A stretch of 64,000 bases of DNA. Origin: Felis catus (lineage: Eukaryota). The notes beneath the pieces were generated by a model. It ran no database searches, was not told the DNA's origin, and worked only from the letters and a program-made list of their open reading frames with translations. The DNA is taken from contig NC_058383.1 of assembly GCF_018350175.1 (NCBI RefSeq), forward strand, positions 2,232,001 to 2,296,000. Direction: 5' to 3'. The position numbers and the translations under genes were made by a program. Positions 49,301 to 61,542 of this stretch are shown piece by piece (the stretch's first letter is position 1; every line of letters begins with the position of its first letter).

Positions 49301-50989
49301 TCAAGCCGCTCCCAGGAAACAGGTGCGGTGAGGTGAGGGAGCCTCCCCAGACCACACAGCTGTTACCCCAGATCTGCCCAGGCCAGAGGACGGCAGTGAG
49401 CACGGAGGTGGGGACGGTACCCTTTGACCGTCTGGCTGAAAAGACAGGGGACCCCACGTCAGTGTCCATTTCTAGAATTGGCTCTAACGAGGTGACTTCA
49501 CGGGAGAGGTCTGGAGTCCGAGACGAATGTGTCCCAGCGTGCAGGGGTGGGGCGGTGGCCCGAAGCGTCAGCCGGCCCGGGGCTGGATGTCAGCAGGCTG
49601 TCTCTGTGTTCCGGGGGGCCTGGCACTCGGTACCCCCCGCCCCACGCGGAGTGAGGATCCTCCCGAATGAGCTGGTCCTCCCTCACCTGGATTTCCAGTT
49701 GGCCGCACTCACTGGGCAGCTGGAAGGAGGCAGTATCCTAGTCCGGCTGCCCGGCCGAGGGGCGGCTGGGGCGGCGGGTATCCAGGGGGCGTTCCTCAGG
49801 TCCCCGGTTCTCTGACCCCCACCCCCACCCCCAGTGAGAATCGCAAATGCCCGCGGCTCCGCGTGTCAGAGTGCGGCGCCGTGAGCCAGGATCTATTGGT
49901 AGAGGTTTGTGCTGAGGGGGAGAAAGTGGGATGTCTGTGCGGCAAAGATGTACGGAAATGAGATTAGCACAGATTATATGTAAACTAGCAAGGAAACCGG
50001 GGGAGAAGACAGAACGTCCCAAAGCAGGTGAATCACCCACGAATCAAAACACAACACAGAGAAGGTGGGGACGCGCTTTCTGGCTGTTGGCGGGGAGGTG
50101 CCACGTGACACAGCCGCCCGCAGGACAGAACGTGGGGTGTGAGCCCCCAAACGTACCTGGAGGATGTCTGACCTCTCGGCGGCTGGATGACAGGGTTTTC
50201 TGTTTTTCTCGATCCCCTACAATGGACAGTTGTTGCCATGTCATCTCTTAAGGTTTAGAGGGAAAATTCCCTTGCTTTGTTGGGGACCACGATGACACAT
50301 CCCTCAGCCATCCGTGGGGGCACTTGCTTCTCCGGAACGAGGCCGGGCAGACAGGGGTGGGCGGGCGGCCGGGGAGGCTGGCGGCCCAGAGCAGAGGCGA
50401 CACTTGGCTCAAAGGGGCCCCTTATCATAAAGGTTTCCAGAGGGGAAAAGGGCGGCTTGGGGACAAATCGGGGCCGGAACAATAATGCTGGCCTTTAGAC
50501 AGCGGCTCCTCTCTGCACTAGGAACCTCTCTCGCCTCGGGGGCGCGGCGGGGGCCGGGGCCACAGCTGGCTCTGGGCAGGTGGCTGTGGGGACCCAGCAG
50601 GAGCCGTCATGACCTAGACTCGGGAGAAAAGGTGGTCCTTACTCAGGGAGCCCTTCCCTCCCTCTGGCCAGCTCCCCTTGCCCACCAGCCCCAGACGGGA
50701 CCCTTGGGGAGGGGACAGAGACCTCACGGCAGCGGTCAGCTGGGCAGGCCTCCACGGACGAGCGCCTCTCCTCCCAAAAGTGTGGTTGCGGAAGCTTCTC
50801 CCCCAACCGGAGGGGCCAGGAGGCAGGAGAGTGACCTCCGGGAGCCTGGGGTGCCTGTTCCCCACCTGTTCACTGTGCCTCCTGGGTCCTAACCCAGAGC
50901 CTGGTGCAGGGTCAGGACTCAGAATAGAGGCTGGCTGGCTCCCACAGATGGGAGCATGGATTGTGCTGCTTGCTCAGTTTACCCTGTGT

Positions 50990-51100
50990 GGAGAGCTCCC
51001 CATGATGCTCCCCGTGGTTCCCCCCGTAGTTCCCCCTGTGGTGCTCCCGGTGGAGCTCCCTGTGGTGCTCCCTGTGGCTCTCTCCGTGGTGCTGCCCGTG
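50990..51100. repeat. 12-bp tandem repeat (~GTGGTGCTCCCY) x ~9
   Basis: Translates as VVPP VVPP VVLP VELP VVLP VALS VVLP in the ORF track. Confidence 0.85.
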
Positions 51101-53094
51101 GATCCCCGGGGGGGCCAGCCCACAAATGGGCACACGACCACACTCAGGTCCGGGAAGTCAGTGCACTGCAGGAGGGAGGCCTGATAACCCGGGGCTGGGG
51201 GGCTGGGGGGCGGGGGCTGGGCAGCCAGTGGGGGGGGTCCTGGCGCACCAGCCGTGTGGGGGCTCAGGAGGCCCCGACGCCAGAAGGGAACCTCCTGTGG
51301 GCCTCTCCTAGACCCCATTCTAGAACATTCTCCTGCACTCCTCAGCTACCGCCGTCGCCTGTTTCTCCCGTCACACCACATATCCTGAGAGAACAGTAGC
51401 CTCCCTCCCATCCGCCCGCCTGCCAGTTACCCCTCGACACTCACCATGTGACTTTGCCGGCTACTCTGTAGGACAGCTTCGTCCCCAGGAGACCCCAGAA
51501 ACCTCCTGAAAGCCCAGTCCGAAGGCCTCCTCCCCATCCTGCCCCTTCCGCATGCCCTTCCTCTCCGGGCCACCACAGCGCTACCCTGCCCCTCCACAGT
51601 GCCTCCCTGGCCCTTCCCGGGCACGTGGCGGGGGCGCCCAGCTCACAGGGGCACTGAGGGTTGGGGTGCTGGGGTCCAGGTCCTCTCTGCCGGGAGGCCA
51701 CGCCAGGTGACTGGGAGGGGACCAGGTGACTCTGGCCAGAACAAGGCCCAGTTCCCTTGGGGGTGGGCAGCCTGGGAAGCTTCCGTCGCCCACGCCCCCG
51801 TTCTGGGGCTATCTTAGGGTGCCCAGCCCGACACTTCCTGGCCGGGCGGCCTGAGAGCAGCTGAGGGTCGACCCAGTAACATGGCCCCCAAAACACGGGT
51901 CCTTTCGGTGCTAACGGCATCCGGAGGCACCTCCCAGCCCCGGCTCAGAGGTGGTGGGGACACGTCTGAGGGAACGAGTGACCTCAGCTGGACACTAACG
52001 AGAGAGCCCGAGAAGGTGACACCGTCTCATTTGACCGCACGATGTGTGTTTCCATCCAGTAAATACGGACACCTGCTGTTTCCAGGCACTGTTTTCAGGC
52101 ACCAGGGACAGAGCCATCAGGTCCCTGCACGCGGGTTTATGACACACGATGAGGGAAGGACAAGGGAACCGGGGTTCAGCCTCCCACAGTCGTGTGACGC
52201 AAGTCGGGCGAGGGGGGGAGAGCGTGAGGGGTCCCTGGATGGGGGGTCAGCTCTCTAGGGCCACCCGAGCAGCAGAGCGGGTGGGGGGCCATGTGGGGGA
52301 GAACGTTCCAGGTGAGAAAACGGAGGCTCAGGAGGAAGCAGCACCACAGTGACCACGCCAGGCGGCGTCTGTTGCCACGTGAACACGATATGGTGCGTCT
52401 TTGGAGCCACACGGACCTCGGTTTCTGTCTTGGGGACCACTTCCGGGCTCCCGAGCCTCCGTTTTCCCATCTGTAGGATGGGACGACAGTACTTCCTCCC
52501 CCCCTGGGTTGGCATAAGCATTACATGAGGTGACCGCACAATCCAGCCCCTGGTCTGGCACCTGAGGGCCCACGCCCCCAAGTGGACGTTCAGCGTGTCT
52601 CGTCCCCCGCAGGGGCTGCACATGCGGAAGTTCGAAAGACCGTCCCAGTGGCCCCATCCGACCAGCTCTCTGCACGTGACATAACCCCCACGGCCTGCCC
52701 TATGCAGACCGGGTCCCTGGCCTCTCCGTCCTGCAGGCGAGGAGAGAGTTTGGTCCGGTAGCCCGAGCAGCGAGTCCAGACGTTTGACCACTGGCTCTGT
52801 GCTCGGGTGGCCGCCGGTCCTGCACACGGCCCTTACACCTCGCTGGCCTTTTTGGAAGTCTTGATTACAGAATCCTCCGGACAGGACCCATCCTCCGCCA
52901 AAGCTCTCGGGGGGCGGATGGTGGAAGTCCCCTAAGGCCGACTCAGGGCTGGCCCTGCCGCATGTCCAGACCATCCCCCCTTCTGCACTCGAGTCCCGGG
53001 GCTGGGCTTGGAAGGGGAGCTGTGTCAGGGGTGCAGGAAAGGCTACGGAGCCCGTGACCTGAGCTGTATTCTCGATCAGGAGTGGGGACAACTT

Positions 53095-53316
53095 GGGGCG
53101 CCTGGGTGGCTCGGTCGGTTAAGCGTCCGAATTCGGCTCAGGCCACGATCTCGCGGTTTGTGAGTCCGAGCCCTGCGTCGGGCTCTGTGCTGACGGCTCG
53201 GGGCCTGGAGCCTGCTTCGGATCCTGTGTCCCCCTCCCCCCGCCCCCCGCCGTCCGTCCCCCCGCTGCACTCTCTCTGTTTCAAAAATAAACATTAAGAA
53301 AATTAAAAAAAAAAAA
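53095..53316 (+). mobile_element. Can-SINE with TSD
   Basis: TSD aggagtggggac(a/c)act at 53078-53093 and 53317-53332. Confidence 0.95.
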
Positions 53317-53399
53317 AGGAGTGGGGACCACTCAGGACAGGGTCCTGTGCCACTTTGGGTCCCCATGCTGAGCTACAGAAGAGAAGGCAGAGGAAACCG

Positions 53400-55400
53400 T
53401 TAGCAGTGGCCCGAGAAGTGTGCCGAAAAAGTGCAGAGGCCGGCGAGCCCCGCCTGCCGCGTCTCGTGAAGGCTTCTCTGCAGCCCAGCAGGGTGACGGG
53501 GCTCTGGGGAGGCCCCGCGAGACTGGGGCAAGGACGATCGGGCGACGGCTGAGGGACCTCTCCTCCAGCTTCGCGGGGGCCGCCTGCCCCGTGCCGACGG
53601 CCCGTGGCCGTGGCCTCCCGGGAGCTGTGCGCCGCAAACCAGTCCCCCGGGGAGGGCGCGTGGCAACTGCTCGGGCCCTGGTGGCTGGACTGGCGGGACC
53701 ACAGCGCCGAGGATGCCGTTCTCCCGGGGAGCAGCGGGGCCCCGGCCGCCCTCCCTTTCGTCTCCCGGGGTGCCGGCCACCCGGATTCTCCCGGGACTCG
53801 AGGGATCCCAGCGCTCCCACTCCCGACCGAGTGCCCTGAGCCGGGAGCCGGGCGCCGGGGCCCCGGCCGCTCGGGGTTGAAGCCAGCCGGGCTCTGCCGC
53901 CTGGGCCAGTCGCCTCCCCTGCCCACTCCTCGGTTTTCCATCCATAAAATGGGCGCAAAAAGAAGCGTCACCTGTCAGGCTCGTGAAGAGGCCGGCAAGA
54001 GAGAATAAAGGCCGAGCATCCAGGGAACCTCTCCCCGCCCCCCCCCCCCCCACCGAAAAGTCCTGAAGACTCGTTAGGTCCCTCCAGGCGGACCTGCCAC
54101 GTGAAGGGGAAGCTCCTGGGGCCGCGGCGATGGAACTGGCCTGCCCGAGAGCCGCCGGCCGCCCCACCTGGGCCCCACCTGGCCCCGCCGCCTCACCTCC
54201 CTCACCTGTGCCGCTCCTCCCCCGCCGCCCCCGGGTATTTCTGGGAGCGCGGGCGTCCCACGCGGGCGTCCCGCGCGTGCTCGGCAGAACTCGGCGGCAG
54301 GTCGGTGGCCGTGCCCGGGAGTGTTTCGCCGCTGCCAGCCTCCCGCCCCCTGGTGGACCCCGCGGAGGGTAAGACGGCGGCGAGGCGGGGGGGCGGGTGC
54401 GTGTGTGGTGCCCGCGGCGGGAGCTGCTTCCTCCCGGCCCGGCCCCCGGTCCCACCTCGGTCCCGGCCCCCGTGCTGACGTCATGCTGGGACCTCCTTGA
54501 TTTTCGTGGCCCACGACAAGTGCCCACGCTGCCCTCGGCCGGCCGCGTGCGCCGGCTCCCGAGGGCGCGGGGCTGCGAGGTAGGGGGGCGGCGCTTAGGG
54601 GGCACGGAGGCGCGGTGGGGAGGCGGGGACCGGGAGGGGACCGCCATGCCGGGTGGCCGGGAGCCCAGGGTGCAGTGTCGGGTGGGAATGCCCCGGCCGC
54701 GCTGCGGCGCCGGTCGGGTCGCGCAAGCCCGGAGGACGCCGTGGTGGCGGGCGCACTCCCGCTCGGCAGGGGGTGGAGGGGGTGGGGAGGCGGGAACCAA
54801 AGGTCCCCTGGGCCAGGAGCGGGGGTGTGGGCGCAGCGCTCCCGGAGGGCCTGGTGCAGGGCGTACTCCGTGCTCCGCGCCAGCCCCGCAGAGGGGACGC
54901 CCTGCCGCGCAGCGGGTCTGGGGAGGGAAGGGGCGGGGGGGACCCTTCCCCGCCTTCCGCGCCCGCGGCAGGGTGGCCCGGACTCTGGGCCGCCGCCGTC
55001 ACCGTTGCAAGCAAACATGCAACAGGAAGGCGGGGTCGAGGGTGGAAAGGGAGCGCGCGGGCCCGGAGAACCTCCCCTCCTCCGGGAGGACCGCGCTCCT
55101 GCTCCTCGGGCGGGGCCGGGGCTGGCGGAGAAGGAGGCTGGCCGGCTGCGCACACCCGGGAAACGAGGCAGCGCGTTCGGAGGAGAGAAGGGGGGGGAGG
55201 GGAGGATTACTTAGAGACGCCAAAGTTAAGCGTGCGGCCCGGATCCCGGCGGGGGGCGGGGACCCCTGCCTGCCTGGGTCACGCGAAGGGAAGGGGGTCT
55301 GGAGTCCAAGTTAGGGCTCTCCGGCGAGGGCCAATGTAACAAAAAGCCGGGCGCAGACACAGCCCCCCCTCCCGCCCCCCCCCCCAAACCCAAGCTTTCT
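53400..55400 (+). promoter_or_regulatory. Large CpG island, probable AMZ1 promoter; candidate non-coding exon ending at 54368 (GAGG|gtaaga)
   Basis: CpG-dense, GC boxes, strong donor; link to AMZ1 inferred from position and orientation. Confidence 0.65.
54341..54359 (-). promoter_or_regulatory. CTCF motif (GGTCCACCAGGGGGCGGGA)
   Basis: Exact CCACCAGGGGGCG core on the minus strand (plus 54344-54356). Confidence 0.6.
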
Positions 55401-56439
55401 GAGAAGCGGGAGCTGACCCCTGACACGTGTCTCTGCGGGGCTGCTCCGCCTGCACTGAAGGTTGGGGCCCACAGCTCGTGCAGCTGCCGGAGGTTTTGCA
55501 AAGCGCCCTCAGAATCACAAGAATCAGAGCGTGCTTTCTTGCCCGGAGATGGGGCGTCTGTCCAGGCAGACGCGGGAGCAGGTGCCGGGGCCCTGGGGTT
55601 GGGCAGCCTGCCCTCCCTCCCCGGGCCCACGAGCCTGCCCTTCCCGCTGGCAGACCTAACCCCCCCCCCCCCCACGGGAGGAAGTGGCTTGTACCAGGCC
55701 CTTTCCCAGCCTCTGGGTGACACAGACCCCCGGCGAGGGGGTCATTGGGCGCCCCGCCTGAAAGGTCGGGCAAGGCCTCAGTGCTAACAGCCTTTGGGAG
55801 GGGACGGGTCTCACCCTGTGTCTACGGTCCCACCCCCCTCTGCTTTGGGAACTGTCGGTGCCTAAGAGTTCGGGCTCCATCGCCAGGGCTGGCTTTGAAC
55901 CCGGAGCTGGCCGCCATCCAGCCGTGTGGCCCCATCGGACACCTCACAGGCCAGTGCAGCTCAGATGGGACCCTGTGGGGGAGGGAGGGGCTTCCCCCAG
56001 GGACCCAGGAAGGCGGATGCGGCCACAGGGGGGTCTCTAGAGGAAATGCTGTCTGGGCAGACATGTGTCCACGTCTGGGCCCCGCAGAGACTTAAACACC
56101 CTCGTGCCCCAGCTGGAGCCGGGCTGGGCCGGTGTGGCCCTGTCTCCCAGGCTCTTTGGGCCCCGGATGGCTGCTGGGCCAGGGGCCCTGCTCAGGGCAG
56201 GGCACGTGGGGCTCTGCTGACTGCCACTGGACCTGTATCCCCCGTGGGTGCTCTGAGCACCACGGTGGGTGTGACGTGTCTCAGGCAGGAGGAATCAGAG
56301 AAAACTGGTTCTCAAAGTGTATCCTGGGGCCCTATGGGGAGCCCATGAGGTGAAGGTTGTTCTTACAACAACACTGTTGACCTGTGATTTGCTGTTTCCT
56401 CGCTTAGGTGGCTTTTCCAGAGACCACATGACGGTGTGG

Positions 56440-57318
56440 GTGTGTGTAGGGGCGTGTGGGGGTAGGGTGGGGTGGGCTGTGGGTGTGTGTGGGAGGGGGT
56501 TGGGGGTATGGGGTGTGAGGGTTTGTACTGGGGTGTGTGTTGGGTGTGGGGGGGGTTGTATGGGAGGGTGTGGGGGGGTGTAGGGGTGTAGGTGTGGGGG
56601 GTTTGTACTGGGGGTGTGGTGTGTGTGTGGGGTGTAGGGGTGTGGGGTGTGGTATGGGGGGTTGTATGGGAGGGTGTGGGTGTGTGGGGGGTGTAGGGGT
56701 GGGGGGGATGGGTGGGGGGTTGTATGGGAGGGTGTGTATGTGGAGGGGTGTAGGGGTGTGGGGTGGTATGGGGGGGTTTTATGGGAGGGTGTGGGTTTTG
56801 GGGGGTGTAGGGGTGTGGGGGTTGTATGGGAGGGTGTGGTGTGTGTGGGGGGGATATAGGGGTGTGGGGGGTGGTATGGGGGGGTGTTATGGGAGGTTGT
56901 GGGTGTGGGGGGGTGTAGGGGTGTGGGTGTGGGGGGTTTGTCCCTAGGTAGTGGTGTGGTGTGTGTGTGGGGGGATCTAGGGGTGTGGGGGGTGGTATGG
57001 GTTTTCTTTTTGGGAGAGTGTGGGTTTGTGGGGGGGTGTAGGGGTTGGGGGGGTGGGTTGTGGGGGTTGTATGGGAGGGTGTGGTCTGTGTGGGGGATGT
57101 AGGGGTGTGGGGGGTGGGTGTGGGGGGGTTGTATGGGAGGGTGTGTGTGTGTGGGGTGTAGGGTTGTGGGTGTGGGGGGTTGTATGGGGTTTTTTTTTGG
57201 GAGAATGTGGGTTTGTGGGGGGGATGTAGGGGTGTGGGGGGTGGGTGTGGGGGGGTTGTATGGGAGGGTGTGTGTGGGGGGTGTAGGGGTGTGGGTGTGG
57301 GGGGTTGTATGGGGGGCA
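56440..57318. repeat. G/T-rich degenerate tandem repeat (~880 nt)
   Basis: Recurrent GGGGGTTGTATGGGAGGGTGTG and GGGGTGTAGGGGTGTG; almost no C on the plus strand. Confidence 0.95.
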
Positions 57319-58766
57319 GGACTCTGTCCTTGTGTCGCACGCATCTGAGTTTTAACTTCAGGCCTGCGGCGCCTTGAGAGCTGTGCCGACGTGAGCGAAA
57401 GCTCCCGGGGTCCCTGCCGCCCTTCCGGTGCAGGGGCTGCAGGGGTGAGACACGGGCTGCGCCCCGGGTCCCCCCAGCCTCCTTGGGAAACAGCGGCCGT
57501 GTGTCCGGTCCTCTTGCCCCCGGGGCCCTCGTGTGCCGCGTGACTGGGTTCTCTCGGGACGGCGAGGGGAACCCGAGGTTCCCGGTTTGGGTCTGAGTCC
57601 CGCGTGGGAAGGAGCGGCGGGGCCCTGGAATTTCTGGCACAGAGAGGCGGGCTGGGGGCGTGTCGGCTCGAGGCCCTGAGGAGCCAACGGGTGACACGGT
57701 GACACGGGAGCGACGCTGCCGGAGGCCCCTTCGAGGGCGGAGGAGGCCCTGTGGATGAGGCCCAGAGCGAGGGGCGGTGTACCCGAGGTCAGGAGCGCCT
57801 CCTCTGAGTCCGTGTAGCTGTGTGTCCCTGGGCAGGTGGCTTCCCCTCTCTGAGTCCGTGTCCTTGGCTTCCGGGATGGGTGAAGGCCGGCAGCCGTGGG
57901 TCCAGACGAGGTGTTGGGTCAAAAGCGATCTTGGGTTTGCGGGACTGAGGCGTTGGGGGGCAGGGGAGCGGGCGTGGGGGGCGGGTGTTGACCGGGGCCG
58001 GTGGGGGCTACCCGTGAAGGCCGTGACACAGACCTTCCCGCATGTCCCGAACCTGTTTATAGGCAGCTCTCAGCCCAGCCGGCCGGAGGCGGCTGGGCCG
58101 CTCGGGACTGTCTCGGGGTGGCTGCTGGCGGGAAAGCCTCTGGCTCTAGCTGGGGGCGGCGGGGGCGCCGCGCGCGGGTCTGGGAGAGCCGAGGGCGCAG
58201 ACGCAGAGCCACGGGAGCCCCGTCCAGAAACAGGCTGCGAGGTGCCCACGGGGTCAGGTGCTCAGGGCGGCAGCCGGGCGGGACCCGGCGGTTCTCCTCC
58301 TCCCGCTCCGTGCAGCCGCGCTCTGGGTGAGGCGGGCAGTTGCCGCCAGGCCCGCCGTGCCGGGGAGGACACTGCGGCACGACGGGGTGGAAGGGCAGAG
58401 GGCCAAGTTCATCGCGGAGCCCGGGCTGGCGTGGAGGGCGCTCCCTCGTCAAGGTTCCCTGAATGGCTCTCTGCCCCCGGGGGCCTGGACCGCCAGGAGC
58501 TCACAGCCTGCTCTGAAGGCTGGACGCCTGGCCCCTCAGGGACGAGATGGGTGGTACACACACGGGCCCCCCGGCCCCCCCTCGGGATGAGGCCAGAGTT
58601 GTAGACACAGCCTTCCCTGTGCTGCGTGATGTGGCCGGTCTTCCCGCCCCCACTCCCACCACGCTGTCTCCTCACTGCCCCTGAAGCCACCCACGGGTCC
58701 TTTGCACCTGCTTCTCTGCTTGGGACACTCGCCCCAGACCTTCCAGGCTGCTCGGACCTCACCACG

Positions 58767-58794
58767 TCAGGGTTAGGGTTAGGGTTAGGATTAG
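58767..58794 (+). repeat. Short interstitial telomere-like repeat TCAGGG(TTAGGG)2TTAGGATTAG
   Basis: Direct reading. Confidence 0.7.
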
Positions 58795-59319
58795 CCTTTT
58801 CTTCCAGGCCCTTTACCCCCTTCTCACACCGTGTAGACAGTATGTACTTTTATTTTTATTGCGTTTTATTGTCTGTTACACATTTCTAGAATCGAAGCTC
58901 CCTAAGGTCAGAGACCTGCAGGGGGGTCGGCCAAGCACCACGGATGAGCAGGCGCTCGGGGACTGCCGAGGGAACGAGGGCGCCAAGGACAGAAGGAACT
59001 TGCTGGTGTATGTGTCCCTCCCGGGCCCCATTCGGAAGTGCCGATGTTCTCTCCTGGGTCCCTGTGGTGCACAGGGTCTGTCCTCGCTAGGTCCTCCACA
59101 CATTTTCTGGCCTCTTGGAGAACCTGCCCCCCTCCCGCCGTGGCCCCGTCCCCCGGCCAAGAGTTGATCCATGGGTTTGCATCGGATGTTTTTTCCCCCT
59201 ACAGCCCAGGCCCCATTCTTGATCCTGGTGCAAAACTCCCGGTGTTGCCCTGGAGTCTGGTGGTGCGGACTGGGGCCTGGACAGGGGCTCCTGAGAAGCG
59301 GGGCTCCGCGTGATGGGGA

Positions 59320-59427
59320 CCGGGCCCAGAGCCCGACATGAGGCTCGATCCCGCGACCCCGGGACCACGACCTGAGCCCAAATCGAGAGTCAGACGCTCA
59401 ACCGAATGAGCGACCCAGGGGCCCCCA
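59320..59427 (-). mobile_element. Partial Can-SINE (tRNA-derived head only)
   Basis: cagagcccgacatgaggctcgatcccgcgacccc...cagacgctcaaccgaatgagcgacccaggggcccc. Confidence 0.75.
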
Positions 59428-61238
59428 CCTTGGGTGGTTTTCATTTGCTGCTGACTAGTTAGAACGTCAGCGGCTGTTGGGGTTGTAAGTTGTCATGACC
59501 TTTCTGGAAAGCAGGTGGGCGGTGCAGATCGGGACCCCCTTAACCACCCCCACGTGGTGTCTTTTCTTCTGGGCATCTGTCCTGGGGAAGGAGAAACTCA
59601 GACTTTGGTAGGAAGATGTTCATCATGGTGTTTTTGGGAAGCCGTTAAAAACGGCATTTTTACAATAGAACGTGTAAGGACTTGGGAAGATGCTGGTAAT
59701 ATACTAAGTCTGGAGGATGTAGGATTGCACCGCACCGGCAGCTTAGATTTGTGAGAAAGATCTGCACAAAGGAAAACCTAGAGCTCTCTGCGGGCATTCG
59801 GGCCCAGCCCCCACCCTCCCTCGTAACTCTGGGGAATATATCTGTGTATACATCCGCCTGTGTGTACGTAGTTTCCTCTGGAAAAACTCGATGTAATTTT
59901 CCAGAGGAAAACGTACGGATGACGGAATTTGGGTGCACGTATATGTACGTGCACACGTACATTTACATGGATGCACACACACACGTATGTGTCCGTGTGA
60001 GCGCTCGGAACTTTCACGTTTCAGCTCGGGGTCAGCTGCAGGGAGTGTGGCTCAGGTCCTCACTCCGCCGGCGGTGCTGTGTTTGCAGCTGGGACCCCCA
60101 CCCCGCGGCAGGGCCGGTCTCTCCTCGCCCCGCCCCACCCCACCCCCTCCCCGAAGAGCAGGCTTGGCTCTAAATGAAGAGTGTACCATCCGCTGTTCTG
60201 GCTCGCCTTGTTCTCTGTTACTTGTGTGCCTTTTCTCCGGCTTCTGGCTTCTTTCCTTGTGACCTCCCTGCTCTACTCATCTGCCGGTGGCGGCCTAGCT
60301 TTTCGGGGTGCGTATGGTGGCGGAGGGGGCGTCGTCTCTGAGGGGCACGGACCTCTTAGTCCTCCCTGTAACGCGGAAGGAAAACTCCACTTTGTGAACT
60401 GACTTTGTCCCGTTTTCGGCCCGTCTGTCCCCCCCCCCCCCCGCCCCCCCCGGCGTGTCCCCTCCCGCCGGTCTGTCCCAGCCCTCAAAGCGCTCTTTGT
60501 TGCACGGTCACATCTCCCTATTTCTGGCCTTCTGTGGTTGGCACGTGTGCTGGGAACCTTCTGGATCTGGGGGCTGCCTGTCTCCCACGTGCTCTCGCCT
60601 GCTTCCAGCTGGCCTGGCGACTCAGGGGTCTGGTGCTCGTCCTCAGGCAGGCGGGGCCTCGCGAGGAGGGCTCATAGGTGGGACAAGGAGGCGCTGTGGG
60701 GCCCCTGGCGATGGGCTGCCCTTGGCCATCACAAAAGGACAGGAACGGCTGGTTGCCTTCTTGGGGGTGCCCCCTCGGGCTTTGCAGGGGCTCCCACAGC
60801 CGTGGCATAGCTGTCCTTCCCGGGCGCCCCCTCCCATCTGAGGGGCGAGTCCGTGGGAGTGGGCACTGGGGCTCCATGGAAACAGGCTCCCCACTGGGGG
60901 TGGGGGAGTAGGACCCTTCCCTGAGCTGGGCGCTGGTGCCTGTGCAGCGGCCAGAGAAAATGTCCTTCTTCTGCTCCTCCTGCCTCAGAGACCCGGCCCC
61001 TGTTCTCAGTGTGCGTGTCCCCCTCCCCAGGGTGCTGCCAGGCCTGGAGGCGTCCGAGCCACCCCCTGCAGTCACCGAGGAGGCCCGACACCGGGAGGGG
61101 CCCTTGGCTCAGCGTCCGGCTGTGGGGAGCCTTCGGCGGTTCTGATCGGCCCGCAGGAAGGCTCCGGAAGAGATCGTGGCTGTCCCCTGTGGGGTTCATG
61201 GGCAACAGCAGGGGCTCCCCGGAGCGGCCGGGCCCGCC

Positions 61239-61542
61239 ATGCTGCAGTGCAGGCCGGCCCAGGAGTTCAGCTTCGGCCCGCGGGCCCTGAAGGAGGCGCT
61301 GGTGTCCAGCGACCCCACCCTGCGGCGTCTCTACGCGTCTGCCTTCACCCCTGCGGAGAGGCTGTTCCTGGCCGAGGCCTACAACCCCCAGAGGACCCTC
61401 TTCTGCACGCTGCTCATCCACACGGCCTTCGACTGGCTCCTCAGCCGTCCCGAGGCCCCCGAGGACTTCCAGACCTTCCACGCCTCCCTGCCGCCCCGGA
61501 GGCAGAGCCCTGCCCGGAAGCACATCTACCTGCAGCCCATCG
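61239..61542 (+). CDS. AMZ1: Archaemetzincin-1, first coding exon (MLQCRPAQEFSFGPRALKEAL...KHIYLQPI); probable acceptor at 60989
   Basis: cccgccATG; ATC G|gtacga; 304 nt; matches the human AMZ1 N-terminus. Confidence 0.96.

Noticed and set aside
53303..55339. Long overlapping ORFs (up to 466 aa) on both strands
   Set aside because: CpG-island composition suppresses stop codons; products are low-complexity R/G/P/A with no recognisable domain
56295..57922. 349-aa and 519-aa Pro/Thr/His-rich mucin- or extensin-like ORFs
   Set aside because: Translations of the G/T simple repeat; no splice or promoter support
58931..58952. REST/NRSE-like AGCACCACGGA
   Set aside because: Lacks the TTC 5' part and the CAG of the right half-site; only a partial match
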